Position numbers and translations under genes: made by a program
NCBI GenBank assembly: GCA_963675665.1
Contig: OY776510.1
Span: 1,280,001 to 1,344,000, forward strand
DNA: 64,000 nucleotides
Direction: 5' to 3'
DNA from: Spirochaetia bacterium
Lineage (GTDB): Bacteria > Spirochaetota > Spirochaetia > UBA9216
The notes under the pieces: generated by a model
The model's input: the letters and a program-made list of their open reading frames with translations, nothing else
Databases searched by the model: none
What the model was told of the DNA's origin: nothing
Shown here: positions 1 to 9,880 of the stretch, piece after piece
Layout of the letters: each line of letters begins with the position of its first letter
Numbering within the stretch: the first letter of the stretch is position 1

Positions 1-407
1 GAAAAAAAGAGATTGCGAATGCTTCCGAATATAAAAGGAAATTTAATATAAAAGCACTGCAGCTTGATGCAAGACTTGATAGTTTAAGCGGCGGCAACCA
101 GCAGAAAGTATCCCTTGCAAAGATTGTAGACACCAGGCCCAAAGTATTAATTCTGGATGAACCGACACGCGGTGTTGATGTGTCGGCAAAGCAGGAGATC
201 TATCATTTTATAAGAGAACTGGCCGAAGCCGGAATAGCATGCATCCTCATTTCATCGGAGCAGGAAGAAATCATCAAACTTTGCCACCGGGTAATAGTTG
301 TTCGGAAAGGCTCGATATCGGGTGAGATCGGCAGAGAGGATTTGACTGAAGAGAAAATTATGTTTCTTGCTACGGGTGTACAAGAAAATAAAAAGGAGCA
401 GTTATGA
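1..407 (+). CDS. Sugar ABC transporter ATP-binding protein (RbsA/MglA type), 5'-truncated by window edge
   Basis: Frame open from base 3; LSGGNQQKV signature, ILDEPTRGVDV Walker B, LCHRVIVVRKG. Confidence 0.9.
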   Translation, partial: KKEIANASEYKRKFNIKALQLDARLDSLSGGNQQKVSLAKIVDTRPKVLILDEPTRGVDVSAKQEIYHFIRELAEAGIACILISSEQEEIIKLCHRVIVVRKGSISGEIGREDLTEEKIMFLATGVQENKKEQL

Positions 408-1384
408 TGGCCCATGTAATTGGTCGGAAAATAGTGAAATTATTGAGAAAGAACGCTACAGCCAATGTTCTTGTAGTTTTTATAATTATTTCAGCAATTA
501 TCAGCCCGCATTTCCTTCAAACGCGGAATTTAATCAACATTCTACGTCAGGTTTCCTATACGGGCATTATAGCTTTAGGTATGACGTTCGTAATTATCAG
601 CGGAGGTATAGATTTATCGGTCGGCTCTCTCGTTGCATTTTGCGGATTAATATTGATGCTGTTTCTAAACGCCGTGTTGAAAGTTTTTATAGTACCAGTC
701 GCTATTACACTGACAATATTCGTAAGCATATTTATCGGGGTTTGTTCCGGGTTTATGAACGGTCTCCTTGTTGCAAGGGGGAAAATCGTTTCTTTTATTG
801 CGACATTGGGCGGCATGACGATCTACAGATCTATGACGTTGTTCATAGGAAAGGCCGGTGAAATCAGGTCCGGTACTTCGTCTTTCGGCCGTATAGGTAT
901 GGGGGCGATTTTCGGCATTCCCGTTCCGGTCGTTACAATGTTTTTAATCGCAGTATTGTTCAGCATCCTGTTGAACAATACAAAATATGGCCGTCATGTC
1001 TGTGCGGTCGGAGCGAACAGCAATGTAGCGCGGTTTTCGGGCATTAATATCAATAGAATTCAGATAATAACATTTACAATTTCCGGATTGGTATCAGGTA
1101 TTTCAGCGCTTCTTTTAGCGTCGAGGTTTAATGCTGTATCGACTTCGAATTTGGGAATCGGGTTTGAGCTGGATGCCATAGCGGCTGTAATTGTCGGAGG
1201 GACGGCGATGAACGGAGGCCGCGGGACGATTTGGGGTACCGTTTTCGGAGTAATTATCCTGGGAATATTAAATAATATGCTCAATATAGTCGGCGTTTCG
1301 GCATACCTGCAGGGAACTATTAAAGGTTTGATAATCATCGGTGCTGTTCTGATACAGCAGGCAGGTACAGGATACAGGGAATAG
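404..1384 (+). CDS. Sugar ABC transporter permease (RbsC type)
   Basis: GGIDLSVGS, FIATLG and ELDAIAAVIVGG motifs; hydrophobic. Confidence 0.92.
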   Translation: MMAHVIGRKIVKLLRKNATANVLVVFIIISAIISPHFLQTRNLINILRQVSYTGIIALGMTFVIISGGIDLSVGSLVAFCGLILMLFLNAVLKVFIVPVAITLTIFVSIFIGVCSGFMNGLLVARGKIVSFIATLGGMTIYRSMTLFIGKAGEIRSGTSSFGRIGMGAIFGIPVPVVTMFLIAVLFSILLNNTKYGRHVCAVGANSNVARFSGININRIQIITFTISGLVSGISALLLASRFNAVSTSNLGIGFELDAIAAVIVGGTAMNGGRGTIWGTVFGVIILGILNNMLNIVGVSAYLQGTIKGLIIIGAVLIQQAGTGYRE

Positions 1385-1503
1385 CCCGGCCGAAGATGCC
1401 GGATATTCCTTTCAAAAGGAGGGCCCTATGTAAACGGTTTTAATTATTGTGCAGATTCTTGGTTAGGAAAAAATTCAGGAGAAAAGAAATTGGAGGAGAA
1501 GAA

Positions 1504-2559
1504 ATGTTAAAAAGAATACAGATTGTATTATTTTCCGTTATATTGTCGGGAACTCTCATTTTCGCCGTAAGCTGCGTAAAAAATGAAGGGGCTTCCGTAG
1601 AAAAGTCTGGAATGGAAGAATCGACAGAAATGTCCGATAACAATTCTGATACAAATAAATCAACCGAACCGATCCGGGTGGGAGTTTCAATGCCCTCGGC
1701 TACCCATGGATATCTGGCCCGATGCATCTATCAGACGGAGCGGGCAATTAAGGATTGGGGAAAGAAGGACAATAGCATCGAGTTTGTTCTTGTTACAGCT
1801 GATAATGTGAACAAACAGGCGAATGACATTCAGGACCTGGTGATTACCGGAATTGATGCCCTGGTGGTTTTTCCGTTTGATACTACTTTAACCTCAACTA
1901 TAAAAGAGGTTTTCGACAGCGGCATCTATGTTGTGGTATTGGATAGAGGCGTCACAGACAGCAGTTATAATATCTGGCTGACTATCGACAGTTACGAATA
2001 TGCACGTGTCGGGATGGAGTTCCTGTGTAAACAGCTGGAATACAAAGGCGATGTAGTAAATATTGAAGGTATACCCTGTTCACACACGACAGACAGAAAT
2101 CAGGCAATTTATGACGTTGCCGCTAAATATCCGGGGATTAATGTAATTGATTCCCAGCCGGCAGATTGGAACCGTCAGAAAGCACTGACAGTAATGGAAA
2201 ATTACTTACAGCGTTATGACAGGATTGACGGCCTAATAACTACCGATGATGATGTTTTAATTGGCGCAATGCAGGCCTATGATGAATCCGGACGAACGGA
2301 TCTTCGTGCGGCTATCGGCGGAGCAGGTGATAAAAATATTATCGAGATGATAATCAACGACAGTCATCCGTTGATTAAGGGAAATATGACATTTCCGCCT
2401 TCGCAGTGTGCTACAGCTGTTTCTCTGGCGGTTATGGGCGTAAGGAATATCGGTTTAAATAATTTTTATCAGGAAGTCCTTCCGAAAAGAATAGTTTTAT
2501 CTTCTGCATTAATAACAAAAGATAACGCGGAGAGATATTACTTTCCGGATGAGCCCTGA
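1504..2559 (+). CDS. Sugar ABC substrate-binding lipoprotein (RbsB type)
   Basis: SD GGAGGAG before ATG 1504; signal peptide ending AVSC; periplasmic-binding motifs (QANDIQDL, ADWNRQKA). Confidence 0.88.
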   Translation: MLKRIQIVLFSVILSGTLIFAVSCVKNEGASVEKSGMEESTEMSDNNSDTNKSTEPIRVGVSMPSATHGYLARCIYQTERAIKDWGKKDNSIEFVLVTADNVNKQANDIQDLVITGIDALVVFPFDTTLTSTIKEVFDSGIYVVVLDRGVTDSSYNIWLTIDSYEYARVGMEFLCKQLEYKGDVVNIEGIPCSHTTDRNQAIYDVAAKYPGINVIDSQPADWNRQKALTVMENYLQRYDRIDGLITTDDDVLIGAMQAYDESGRTDLRAAIGGAGDKNIIEMIINDSHPLIKGNMTFPPSQCATAVSLAVMGVRNIGLNNFYQEVLPKRIVLSSALITKDNAERYYFPDEP

Positions 2560-2646
2560 GCCGGGTAACATTATAATATGCCGATTGCGTGATATATATA
2601 CTCGCAATCGGTTAATTACACAATAAACATGGAGGTTTGAGTTTCA

Positions 2647-3732
2647 ATGAAAATAGGAATTATTGGGGCGGGAGGAATGGCTGATTATCATATTTCCGGA
2701 TTTGAAAAAGCCGGTGCAAAAATTATTGCCGTTACCTCAAGGACAATAGAATCAGCAAAGCGTTTGGGTGAAAAATATTCGATTAAATCGGTATATTCAA
2801 ATGTGGATGAAATGCTGCAAAACCATACGGATATGGATGCTGTTTCAATAATAACACCCAATGTGTATCACCACAGCTATTCCGTCAAATGTCTTAAAGC
2901 AGGGTTGCATGTTTTTTGTGAAAAGCCTCCTGCGCTTGATTATCAGGAAACTGCCGAATTGCGTGATGCTGCAGAAAAAAATAACCGGGTTCTTATGTTT
3001 AATTTTAATAATCGGGCCAGGCCTGAGACTTTGGCAATGCAGCGATATATTGATAACGGAGAAGTCGGAAAAATAAATTCAGCGCAGGCCGTCTGGATTA
3101 GAAGAACGGGAATTCCGGGTTTTGGTGGATGGTTTACAGATAAAAGCAAATCGGGCGGCGGGCCTGTTATTGACTTGCTGCATATGGCTGATATGGCATT
3201 GTCTTTTATGGGTTTCCCGGAACCGGATTGGGTCTTGTCTAAAACATTTGATAATTTTTCGGATAACAAATCCTTCAAGGGCCCCTGGGGCATTCCTGAT
3301 AATGCCATGGGTATAACTGATGTTGAAACCGCCAGTCATGCATTTATAACATTCAGGACGGGACAAGTTTTATTTGTAAGAAATTCATGGGCTGAATTAA
3401 ATAAAAAAGAACAATGCAGTGTTACTTTTCAGGGAGAAAAGGCCGGTGGAAAAGTGGAACGCATTTATCATATTGACGGAATTGATGAAAGCAGTGAGGA
3501 TATATGTGAGCTGTATACTCATGAAAACGGATTGCCTGTTAACAGGCGGGTTATTTTTAATCCGGATGAAGCAATGGGGCGTGTAAGAAATGCGGAAAAT
3601 TTCATAAAGGCAATAAAGGGAGAAGAAAAGCCGCTAAGTACGCCCGACCAGGCATGTATACTGATGAAAATTGTTGATGCTTTATATGAGTCCTCCCGCT
3701 TGGGAGAACCTGTTAAGGTGCGGCAGGATTGA
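2647..3732 (+). CDS. Gfo/Idh/MocA family oxidoreductase
   Basis: GIIGAGG Rossmann motif, HVFCEKPP, GGGPVIDLLH. Confidence 0.92.
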   Translation: MKIGIIGAGGMADYHISGFEKAGAKIIAVTSRTIESAKRLGEKYSIKSVYSNVDEMLQNHTDMDAVSIITPNVYHHSYSVKCLKAGLHVFCEKPPALDYQETAELRDAAEKNNRVLMFNFNNRARPETLAMQRYIDNGEVGKINSAQAVWIRRTGIPGFGGWFTDKSKSGGGPVIDLLHMADMALSFMGFPEPDWVLSKTFDNFSDNKSFKGPWGIPDNAMGITDVETASHAFITFRTGQVLFVRNSWAELNKKEQCSVTFQGEKAGGKVERIYHIDGIDESSEDICELYTHENGLPVNRRVIFNPDEAMGRVRNAENFIKAIKGEEKPLSTPDQACILMKIVDALYESSRLGEPVKVRQD

Positions 3733-3734
3733 TT

Positions 3735-4673
3735 ATGGATTTGTTAAAAGAAAAAGCAGATATGAGAAAAGACCTTATTATTGCAGTAGATATCGGCGGA
3801 ACGAAAATGCATTCTGTATTAATGAATACATCCGGTTCCGTTTTGGCGGAACATCGTATACAACACAAAAAACAGTCGCCGGATGATCATTTTAATGATT
3901 TGGTCCAGCTTATTGAAATTACTCTTCATGACGGGCCCTGCTCAAATGATAATACGGCAATATGTATAGGTGTAAACAGCCCGGTAACAGGTGAAGACGG
4001 GATGGTTGTCTGGGCCCCTGCTTTGGGCTGGAAAAACAGGCCGATTGGATTACAATTACGGAAAAAATTTTCCGTTCCCGTAAAGATTGAAAACGACGCC
4101 AATCTGGCCTGTCTGGGAGAATGGTATTCCGGGGCCGGGAAAGGCTTTAATAATATTGTTTCCATCTTTTTAGGGACCGGTATAGGCGCGGGGATAATTC
4201 TGGATGGCAAGCTTTATAGCGGTGCAAGAGGGTGTGCCGGAGAGATGGGCAGGATGCCCATTAATCAGAATTCACTCCATGAAAACCGTCATTCAGGATT
4301 CGGAGCCCTGGAGAGTGTTTCCTCCGGTTTGGGTATAGAGTATAATGCAAGAAAGCATCTCGAAGAAATGAATATCGAACCGTTGGAAATATCAGCCGAA
4401 GCGGTAATATCAGCCTGTTTAAAAGGTGAAGAGTGGGCGGTTAAAACAATTGAGAACTCGCTCGATTATCTTGCAATTGCTATAGCTCAGATAATATGTC
4501 TGCTGGATCCTGAGGTTATTATTATAGGAGGAGGTGTGGCAAACGCCTTTTCGGTTATAGGACCGCTGCTTCGTGAAAGACTTGTTTCACTGATCCCTCA
4601 CGTTCCGGATTTGAAGCAGGCAAAACTGGGTCCGCTGGCATCAGCTTTCGGTGCACTTTCCTGTTACCAATAA
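3735..4673 (+). CDS. ROK family sugar kinase
   Basis: AVDIGGTK, ENDANLA, GTGIGAGI, AGEMG motifs. Confidence 0.9.
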   Translation: MDLLKEKADMRKDLIIAVDIGGTKMHSVLMNTSGSVLAEHRIQHKKQSPDDHFNDLVQLIEITLHDGPCSNDNTAICIGVNSPVTGEDGMVVWAPALGWKNRPIGLQLRKKFSVPVKIENDANLACLGEWYSGAGKGFNNIVSIFLGTGIGAGIILDGKLYSGARGCAGEMGRMPINQNSLHENRHSGFGALESVSSGLGIEYNARKHLEEMNIEPLEISAEAVISACLKGEEWAVKTIENSLDYLAIAIAQIICLLDPEVIIIGGGVANAFSVIGPLLRERLVSLIPHVPDLKQAKLGPLASAFGALSCYQ

Positions 4674-4801
4674 CAATTGTCAGTATCTGTCCGGATTGAA
4701 TATTATTTTTACGGACGGATAAATTGGTATATTCCTGACAATACAATAAAAAACTGCTTTGGCTGTAGGGATAATATTTTTCTTTATGATAAACTGGGGA
4801 T

Positions 4802-5554
4802 ATGCCTGTTAAAATATTAAAAACAATCCTTTTTTCATTATTGTTATGTCTGTTTTTGACGGCAGAAATTTTCGCCGCCGACACCTCCGGGATGGAGCTT
4901 TTTGCAGAAACCGGTTCCTTCCGGTTTTATGCCCGCGACGCCGATGATTATTCGGATTTTTATCAACTGCTTGATGAAAAAAGCAGGGAATTTGAATTGC
5001 TTTTTCAGAAAAAGCTTCCTGTTAAAGTTGATTTTTATATTTATCCGGACCGGGTTTCCTTTTTCAGAGATGCCCTGCACTGCGATAAACCGTTTGGGAC
5101 TACAACAGCCCTGGCCGATCATGTCGGTCACCGGATACATCTGACTTCTCCCTATGATGAAGAAGTAATAAAAATCGGGAAGGACATGAAAAAGGTTGCG
5201 GTGCATGAACTGGTGCATCTGTATTTCCCGTCCAGGTATATCTTTATTCGCGAGGGTATGGCAGAATATTATTCGGATCGTCTCAATCCGATGCTCCCGG
5301 AGGATATCCCGAAGCGTTTATCCGATATGGCATTTTATCACAAGGGTGATGATGAAACACGCAAGGCATATAACGCTTCAGGCTGGATGATGAAATTTAT
5401 AATCGAAGAGTGCCTTAACGGCGGACTGCAGGGAGACCGGCGGAGATTTCTTAAATACACAAACAACCCGGAGGATTACACAATCCTCGGGTATGGGAGC
5501 GAAGCGGCTTTTTTTGAGGCTTTTTCCGGGTATATTAAAGAGAATATTTATTAA
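4802..5554 (+). CDS. Secreted zinc metallopeptidase-like protein (gluzincin/MA type)
   Basis: Signal peptide; HELVH followed by EGMAE. Confidence 0.6.
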   Translation: MPVKILKTILFSLLLCLFLTAEIFAADTSGMELFAETGSFRFYARDADDYSDFYQLLDEKSREFELLFQKKLPVKVDFYIYPDRVSFFRDALHCDKPFGTTTALADHVGHRIHLTSPYDEEVIKIGKDMKKVAVHELVHLYFPSRYIFIREGMAEYYSDRLNPMLPEDIPKRLSDMAFYHKGDDETRKAYNASGWMMKFIIEECLNGGLQGDRRRFLKYTNNPEDYTILGYGSEAAFFEAFSGYIKENIY

Positions 5555-6614
5555 ATGAATTCCTGCACGGAGGTCCGTAACAGTAGTTCATTTCGCCGTT
5601 GTTCAAATTGACCATGAATGAAATAACGGTTTCCCACTGTTTGTTGTCTTCAACATCTTCTCTTCTGTGTCGGCAGATTGAATCGGGATAACCGACATGG
5701 TTTCTCAATCCTGCTTTTATTGTATCTTCTGTTATGCCGGTTGAGCAATTGATAAAATGTGCCTTCAAGGTTTCCGTTCTTGTAAAAGTATCAGGAAGAA
5801 GCTGACAGCCGGTATCTTTTTCTTTTACAAGACTACTTTGAAAATGGTTACTATGTACAAGAATTCCGTCAGTTGAATTTAGAGTCGGGTTTGAAGACGG
5901 CGTACATTCAATATCTATTGTCTCCCCGGTGCTGTAGCCCAACATTAAATTTCCGGAATTCGGACCGGTGTTGCCGGTTATTATGTTAATGCTTTCAGCA
6001 TAGTTTTTACTGTTCAGTATCCCTCTCACCTTGATCAGAAACGGCAGTCCGGGTTTGAAATGATCTGCAGAAGTTTTTATGAAATTCAAGGCAACGCCGA
6101 TTCCTTTTGAATTGTAACCCTTATGTCCGATGATTCCGGCTTCCGTAAGAAGCACTATGTCCGGCTTTGCTTTTTGTTTTATATGAAGCAACAGGCATTG
6201 CTGATATTGCCGGGGTTTGTAATCCCAGTTTTGGCCTAAAAAAACAGCGCCATTTCTTGTCGCTGGAGAAGAGAGCGCAAAGGATGTGCAGCCTTCAAGC
6301 GTTTTGGCCATTTCCGGAATATATTTATAATTTAATTCCCAACGTGAATTTAATGCAACAATATGATTTATACTTAAATTAACCCCGTCGGCAAGCCCTT
6401 TTATTTCCTGAAGGAGGTCGGTATCAAATGCCTCGATGTAAGGAATAAAAGCTGCAGCATCATCAAGAATAGTACGAGAAGGAATTCCGGAACCATCCTC
6501 CCATAGTTTTAAATAAAATTCACAATTGCGGATAACTTCGTCTTTTGCCAGGTTTCCATGCTGAAGGCCGATTTCATAAGGAGCCCCTTCCGCCTTGACA
6601 GATTTTAAATTCAT
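5535..6614 (-). CDS. C45 family Ntn-hydrolase (acyl-CoA:6-APA acyltransferase-like)
   Basis: EIGLQHG, autocleavage GCTSF, GQNWD, HSNHF, SICRH. Confidence 0.85.
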   Translation of the reverse strand: MNLKSVKAEGAPYEIGLQHGNLAKDEVIRNCEFYLKLWEDGSGIPSRTILDDAAAFIPYIEAFDTDLLQEIKGLADGVNLSINHIVALNSRWELNYKYIPEMAKTLEGCTSFALSSPATRNGAVFLGQNWDYKPRQYQQCLLLHIKQKAKPDIVLLTEAGIIGHKGYNSKGIGVALNFIKTSADHFKPGLPFLIKVRGILNSKNYAESINIITGNTGPNSGNLMLGYSTGETIDIECTPSSNPTLNSTDGILVHSNHFQSSLVKEKDTGCQLLPDTFTRTETLKAHFINCSTGITEDTIKAGLRNHVGYPDSICRHRREDVEDNKQWETVISFMVNLNNGEMNYCYGPPCRNSFNKYSL

Positions 6615-6641
6615 ATCAATACCTTTATCCTTACAGAGGTT

Positions 6642-7406
6642 TTACGTGGTTTCGGTATAAGCAACCCGGGATGTAAAAGATTTCTCGACACGGTTGATAA
6701 TATGTTCTATGTGCGTCTCTACGCGTTCCTGAGCATTTTCAATATCCCTGCTTTTTATTGCATTTAAAATTGCATCATGCTCGGAATGGATTATATTTAA
6801 ATTCCCGGGCAATGCAGATATAAATGCGCGTTTTATCTCTTCATGCATAAAAGAACTCAACGTTTGGTAAATATCTATAAACACAGAATTTCCGCTTCCT
6901 TCGATTATTGTGCCGTGAAATTCATAATCGTTCTCAATAAAAGTGGACGGGTTTTCAAAATTTTGCATACTTCTATGTCTGTCTTCAATTTCTTTAAATA
7001 TATAATCCCATTCTTTGCCTAACTCATGATGCCGCAAGATGAATGCTTTAACTGACATAAGCTCTACAGATCTTCTAAGTTCGATAAGTTCGAAAAAATC
7101 TTTTCTACCGAGTAAAATCGCCCATGAAAGAACCTCTTTCGACAGGTTGGAGTTCTCACAGACAAAAGTTCCTCTTCCCGGATACATTTCAAGTATGCCC
7201 AGATACTGAAGGATTTTTATAGCTTCTCTTACGGAAGACCTGCCTATCCCGAACATTTCTTCAAGTTCGGGCTCCGTTGGTATTTTTTCTCCTACCGCAA
7301 ATGTTCCGTTAGCTATTAATTCCTTAATGTCTTCAAGAACCTGCCCTACAACAGTTTTTTGTTTAATTGTTTTTTTTATCATGGAAACCTGCCTTATATC
7401 AATCAT
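6642..7406 (-). CDS. GntR/FadR family transcriptional regulator (alternative start 7382)
   Basis: IPTEPELEEMFGIGRSSVREA HTH; FCD domain DYEFH...SGN. Confidence 0.92.
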   Translation of the reverse strand: MIDIRQVSMIKKTIKQKTVVGQVLEDIKELIANGTFAVGEKIPTEPELEEMFGIGRSSVREAIKILQYLGILEMYPGRGTFVCENSNLSKEVLSWAILLGRKDFFELIELRRSVELMSVKAFILRHHELGKEWDYIFKEIEDRHRSMQNFENPSTFIENDYEFHGTIIEGSGNSVFIDIYQTLSSFMHEEIKRAFISALPGNLNIIHSEHDAILNAIKSRDIENAQERVETHIEHIINRVEKSFTSRVAYTETT

Positions 7407-7489
7407 AGCATATTTATTTGCAAACAGTATATCAATCTATATTTAAAAAAAATTGACATAGGTAACAAAACAATATGCATAAAAAAAAC

Positions 7490-7518
7490 TTGACAGCACA
7501 AAAATGTGCTTGTAGAAT
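7490..7518 (+). promoter_or_regulatory. Sigma70 promoter of the dehydrogenase operon
   Basis: TTGACA(7490-7495)-17 nt-TAGAAT(7513-7518). Confidence 0.75.
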
Positions 7519-7538
7519 CACTACAGATGATGATCAGA

Positions 7539-7549
7539 ACATCAGATGT
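7539..7549. promoter_or_regulatory. Candidate FadR-family operator
   Basis: Near-palindrome ACATCAGATGT just downstream of the promoter, with extra ATCAG half-sites nearby; divergent GntR gene adjacent. Confidence 0.5.
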
Positions 7550-7575
7550 ACTAAATTTAACATCAGGAGACGAAG

Positions 7576-8541
7576 ATGTCAATTCCAAAAGCGAAACTAT
7601 CAGATCTATATAAGAAATTAGTTCTTTGTAGAGAATTCGAGAATGTGACAATAAAGCTTTTTAAGAATAATGAGCTTCCGGGTTTCCTGCATTCCCAGTT
7701 AGGACAGGAAGCAATACCTGTCGGCGTATCGGCCTGTTTGAAAGATGGAGATTTTGTACAGCCGACCCACCGGGGACATGCAGATATGGTTAGCAAAGGT
7801 ATGGATGTAAAAAGAATGATGGCTGAATTATTTGCCAAAAAAACCGGCTATAATCACGGAAAGGGCGGCTCAATGCATATGGCGAGTGTATCGGAAGGCG
7901 TTTTAGGCGCAACAGGTATTGTCGGAAGCGGGCCTGTTATTTCCATAGGCGTAGCATTGGGTTTAATGATGAAGAAAACTGATAATGTGATTATCAGCTT
8001 CTTCGGCGACGGGGCCACGAACGAGGGAAGCGTCCATGAAGCGATCAGTATGGCTGCGGTATGGAAACTTCCCATAGTGTTTGTAATTCAGAACAATCAG
8101 TTTGCCGAATCAACCCCCAGAAAAGATCATCAGAAGGTTGAAGATCTCTCTTCACGTGCTGCAGGTTATGGTATTGAAGGGTATACCTGTGACGGAAATG
8201 ATGTTTTTTCCGTTTACGAAACAGCCGTAAAAGCTGTTGATAAGGCAAGAAAGGGAGAAGGGCCGTCAATTATAAATGCGGAAACTTACAGGATCCTCGG
8301 CCATTATGTGGGTGATCCCGGAACCGGTTACAGGGAAAAAGAAGAGGTAGAGGAAGCAAAGAAGCGGGATCCGGTTAAGAAATTTAAAGAGAATCTTATT
8401 AAGATGAAAGTGTTGACTGAAGCATCGGCAAAAAAGATTGAAGATGAAGTAGATGCACTTATGGAAGAAGCTGTTGCTTTTGGAAAGGAAAGCCCGGAGC
8501 CTCCTGTTGAGGATTTAACAGCCGATGTATACACTCTGTAA
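7576..8541 (+). CDS. TPP-dependent dehydrogenase E1 alpha (AcoA/PdhA-like)
   Basis: GFLHSQLGQEA, THRGH, GKGGSMH, GDGA...NN TPP motif, TYRILGH. Confidence 0.93.
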   Translation: MSIPKAKLSDLYKKLVLCREFENVTIKLFKNNELPGFLHSQLGQEAIPVGVSACLKDGDFVQPTHRGHADMVSKGMDVKRMMAELFAKKTGYNHGKGGSMHMASVSEGVLGATGIVGSGPVISIGVALGLMMKKTDNVIISFFGDGATNEGSVHEAISMAAVWKLPIVFVIQNNQFAESTPRKDHQKVEDLSSRAAGYGIEGYTCDGNDVFSVYETAVKAVDKARKGEGPSIINAETYRILGHYVGDPGTGYREKEEVEEAKKRDPVKKFKENLIKMKVLTEASAKKIEDEVDALMEEAVAFGKESPEPPVEDLTADVYTL

Positions 8542-8579
8542 AAACATTTAGGAGGAATGATAAAAAGTCTTCATGAGCT

Positions 8580-8732
8580 GGTGAATTGATATACTGCCTT
8601 AACTTTAATTGAGGCAGTAAGGTTACTGTTCGACATTTTTACTGGTCCGCGAGACCGTTTAGGAGATTGAAGAGCCGTAACCGAAACATTCAATGGTCTG
8701 CGAGACCGGATAGGAGAATGGAACAATTCACC
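8580..8732 (+). ncRNA. Predicted bridge/seek RNA of IS copy 1
   Basis: Outer stem GGTGAATTG/CAATTCACC; hairpin TACTGCCT/AGGCAGTA; two GGTC-YGCGA-GACC hairpins each flanked by segments matching the target and the donor junction. Confidence 0.8.
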
Positions 8733-8767
8733 GTATAGGCACTGCTTCAAACTATTGGAGATAGAAC

Positions 8768-9880
8768 ATGAAGATGAGTATTGGCGTGGATCTTCACAAA
8801 ACGCAGTTTACAGTATGCCTTTTAAGTGAAGACCGAAAAATTGATCAATTGGGAATGTATCCGACCAGCGGAAATGGTTATGGAGCATTTCTGAAAATGC
8901 TGGATGAATATTGTGAAGAGGAATATGAGTTGAGAGCAGCGGTGGAAACAACCGGGAATGCCCGTTATTTCCGCAATAAACTGTTAAAGGCTGGAGTCGA
9001 AGTGGTTGTAGTGAATACTTTGAAATTCAAGGTAGTGAATGAATCTGTAAAAAAGACAGACAAACATGATGCACGCACCCTGGCGGAGTTTCTTGAGAAA
9101 GACATGCTGCCTGAATCGATATTATGTTCCCAAGAGAGTGAGGATATTCGAAGGGTGCTGAAATCCAGGTCGATACTGGTAAAATCTGTTGTGTCGTTAA
9201 AGAACCAGGTGCATGGCTTATTACTTGGTTATGGAATAGAGACCAAACGCGGACAGCTGCAGAGTAAAAAAGAAAGGCAGCGAATCCTGAACGGTCTCGA
9301 GGACCACGACTTTTACGGAAGCGCTGCCAAAACGGTAATACCGTTACTGGATATGATAGATAATCAGGCATCGCAAGTCAAGCAGCTTGAAAAGGTTTTG
9401 GCTGAGCTTGTGGAGGACGATGAAGATGTTGAGCTTCTGCAGACAATACCAGGCGTGGGTCTAATAACAGCAGCAACAGTAAGAGCCTATACAGACGATA
9501 TCGGCAGATATGATAGTGCGAAGAAATATGCAGCAAACGCCGGGCTTGTGCCATGGGTGCAGAACTCAAATATGACAATACATCATGGACATATAACAAA
9601 GCGTGGGCCTGTAGAACTGAGGACAGCCTTCGTACAGATGGTGATGGGAATGGTTCGTATGCAAAAGAAGACCGGGACGTACCGAATAATGACGAAGTAT
9701 GCAGCGATGAAGAAGCAGAAAGGCTCGGGTAAGAGTGTAATAGCTGCCGCCCGCAAGATGAGCACTTTGGTATATACAATTTTAAAAACCAGAGAGCCGT
9801 TTGATCCGATGAAAATGGCTTTTAGAAAAGAATACAGGGAAATGCAGGCAGCAGCATGGGAAGCTGTAATGGTCGGTTGA
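8768..9880 (+). CDS. IS110 family transposase/recombinase
   Basis: DEDD RuvC-like residues (GVDLHK, AVETTG, KTDKHDA); LQTIPGVG; GLVPWVQNS; ITKRGP; AARKM. Confidence 0.96.
   Translation: MKMSIGVDLHKTQFTVCLLSEDRKIDQLGMYPTSGNGYGAFLKMLDEYCEEEYELRAAVETTGNARYFRNKLLKAGVEVVVVNTLKFKVVNESVKKTDKHDARTLAEFLEKDMLPESILCSQESEDIRRVLKSRSILVKSVVSLKNQVHGLLLGYGIETKRGQLQSKKERQRILNGLEDHDFYGSAAKTVIPLLDMIDNQASQVKQLEKVLAELVEDDEDVELLQTIPGVGLITAATVRAYTDDIGRYDSAKKYAANAGLVPWVQNSNMTIHHGHITKRGPVELRTAFVQMVMGMVRMQKKTGTYRIMTKYAAMKKQKGSGKSVIAAARKMSTLVYTILKTREPFDPMKMAFRKEYREMQAAAWEAVMVG

Noticed and set aside
8557-8589. Short ORF MIKSLHELVN created behind the captured SD at the IS left end
   Set aside because: The ATG is only 2 nt from AGGAG, too close for efficient initiation; no other support.
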